DNA of 64,000 nt. Origin: Rhizodiscina lignyota. Its lineage: Eukaryota. The translations under genes were made by a program, and so were the position numbers. The stretch covers positions 434,001-498,000 of the forward strand of contig ML978133.1 of the NCBI GenBank assembly GCA_010015805.1, in the 5' to 3' direction. The notes beneath the pieces are model-generated. The model worked only from the letters and a program-made list of their open reading frames with translations. It had not been told where the DNA came from and searched no databases. Shown here piece after piece: positions 63,530 through 64,000 of this stretch (the first letter of the stretch is position 1; each line of letters begins with the position of its first letter).

Positions 63530-63961
63530 CTGAGATTTGGCATCATGATGGTATCGAATATATGCAGGAGTTCTTTCAGAGGTGAAGGTTGGCAGTAGAT
63601 ATGGGACGTAATTCACGTCCACAGTGTACACTTAGAGGTACACGGCATTTAGAGTAGAAGAAAGGTCCCCAAAGTTGGATAAATTATTCACACAATGACA
63701 TCTTTAAGTTCCGTCTAGTTGGTGATGTTATGTGCTGGACGTCTTGTGAATCTTTCCGCGAAATGCATTGAAGTTGAGGAGGCAAGGGGTTATGTAGAGT
63801 CGCAGAGTCATTTGAGGTGCGCCGCTGAGTACTTCTACGGGGGACTGCGGTCGAACTTCTGCCATCAACTCACTCACCTCCACCACCGTCTGCGATCATA
63901 AATTGAAACGATCACGGCGTCGCGTCTTCCAACTCGCATCTCCTATTTCCCGTCGCAAGTC

Positions 63962-64000
63962 ATGACAGAGAGCGATGATGAGTTCTACACCATCCCGATA
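63962..64000 (+). CDS. Possible start of a gene running off the window end (MTESDDEFYTIPI...)
   Basis: ATG in a plausible context (gtcATG) followed by an open acidic N-terminus; too short to identify. Confidence 0.35.
   Translation, partial: MTESDDEFYTIPI

Overview
Gene-dense, intron-containing fungal genomic DNA (Pezizomycotina ascomycete; inferred from GT..CTRAC..YAG introns of about 50-80 nt and from the gene content). About 27 protein-coding genes are supported, mostly housekeeping: CIA30-like (partial), gluconokinase, ERCC1/RAD10, MED19, VMA5, GCV1, SEM1, PGK1, Mpv17/PMP22-like, TRS65, PRP40, RLI1, CHD1, MET14, a mitochondrial rhomboid, a DDHD phospholipase, a HAD phosphatase, VPS24, SBA1, SHE4 and PBR1. 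Accessory genes include a NACHT/STAND protein, a BVMO, an MpaB-like oxygenase, a JmjC protein, a secreted knottin-like peptide and an F-box protein. The most striking non-coding feature is an approximately 1.3 kb fold-back element just downstream of CHD1 (about 39895-41195). It has a roughly 180-bp core stem closed by a C(UUCG)G tetraloop, a strong + strand G.U bias and three identical symmetric 3x3 purine internal loops, and it is extended by complementary 9-mer and 8-mer microsatellite arrays. It looks like an undescribed long hairpin RNA. A second candidate ncRNA is a Pol III-like unit (A box, B box, hairpin, oligo-T) on the minus strand at about 60300-60500. Gene identities come from motif recognition by eye, and exon boundaries and base-pair counts were worked out by hand; none were checked against databases.
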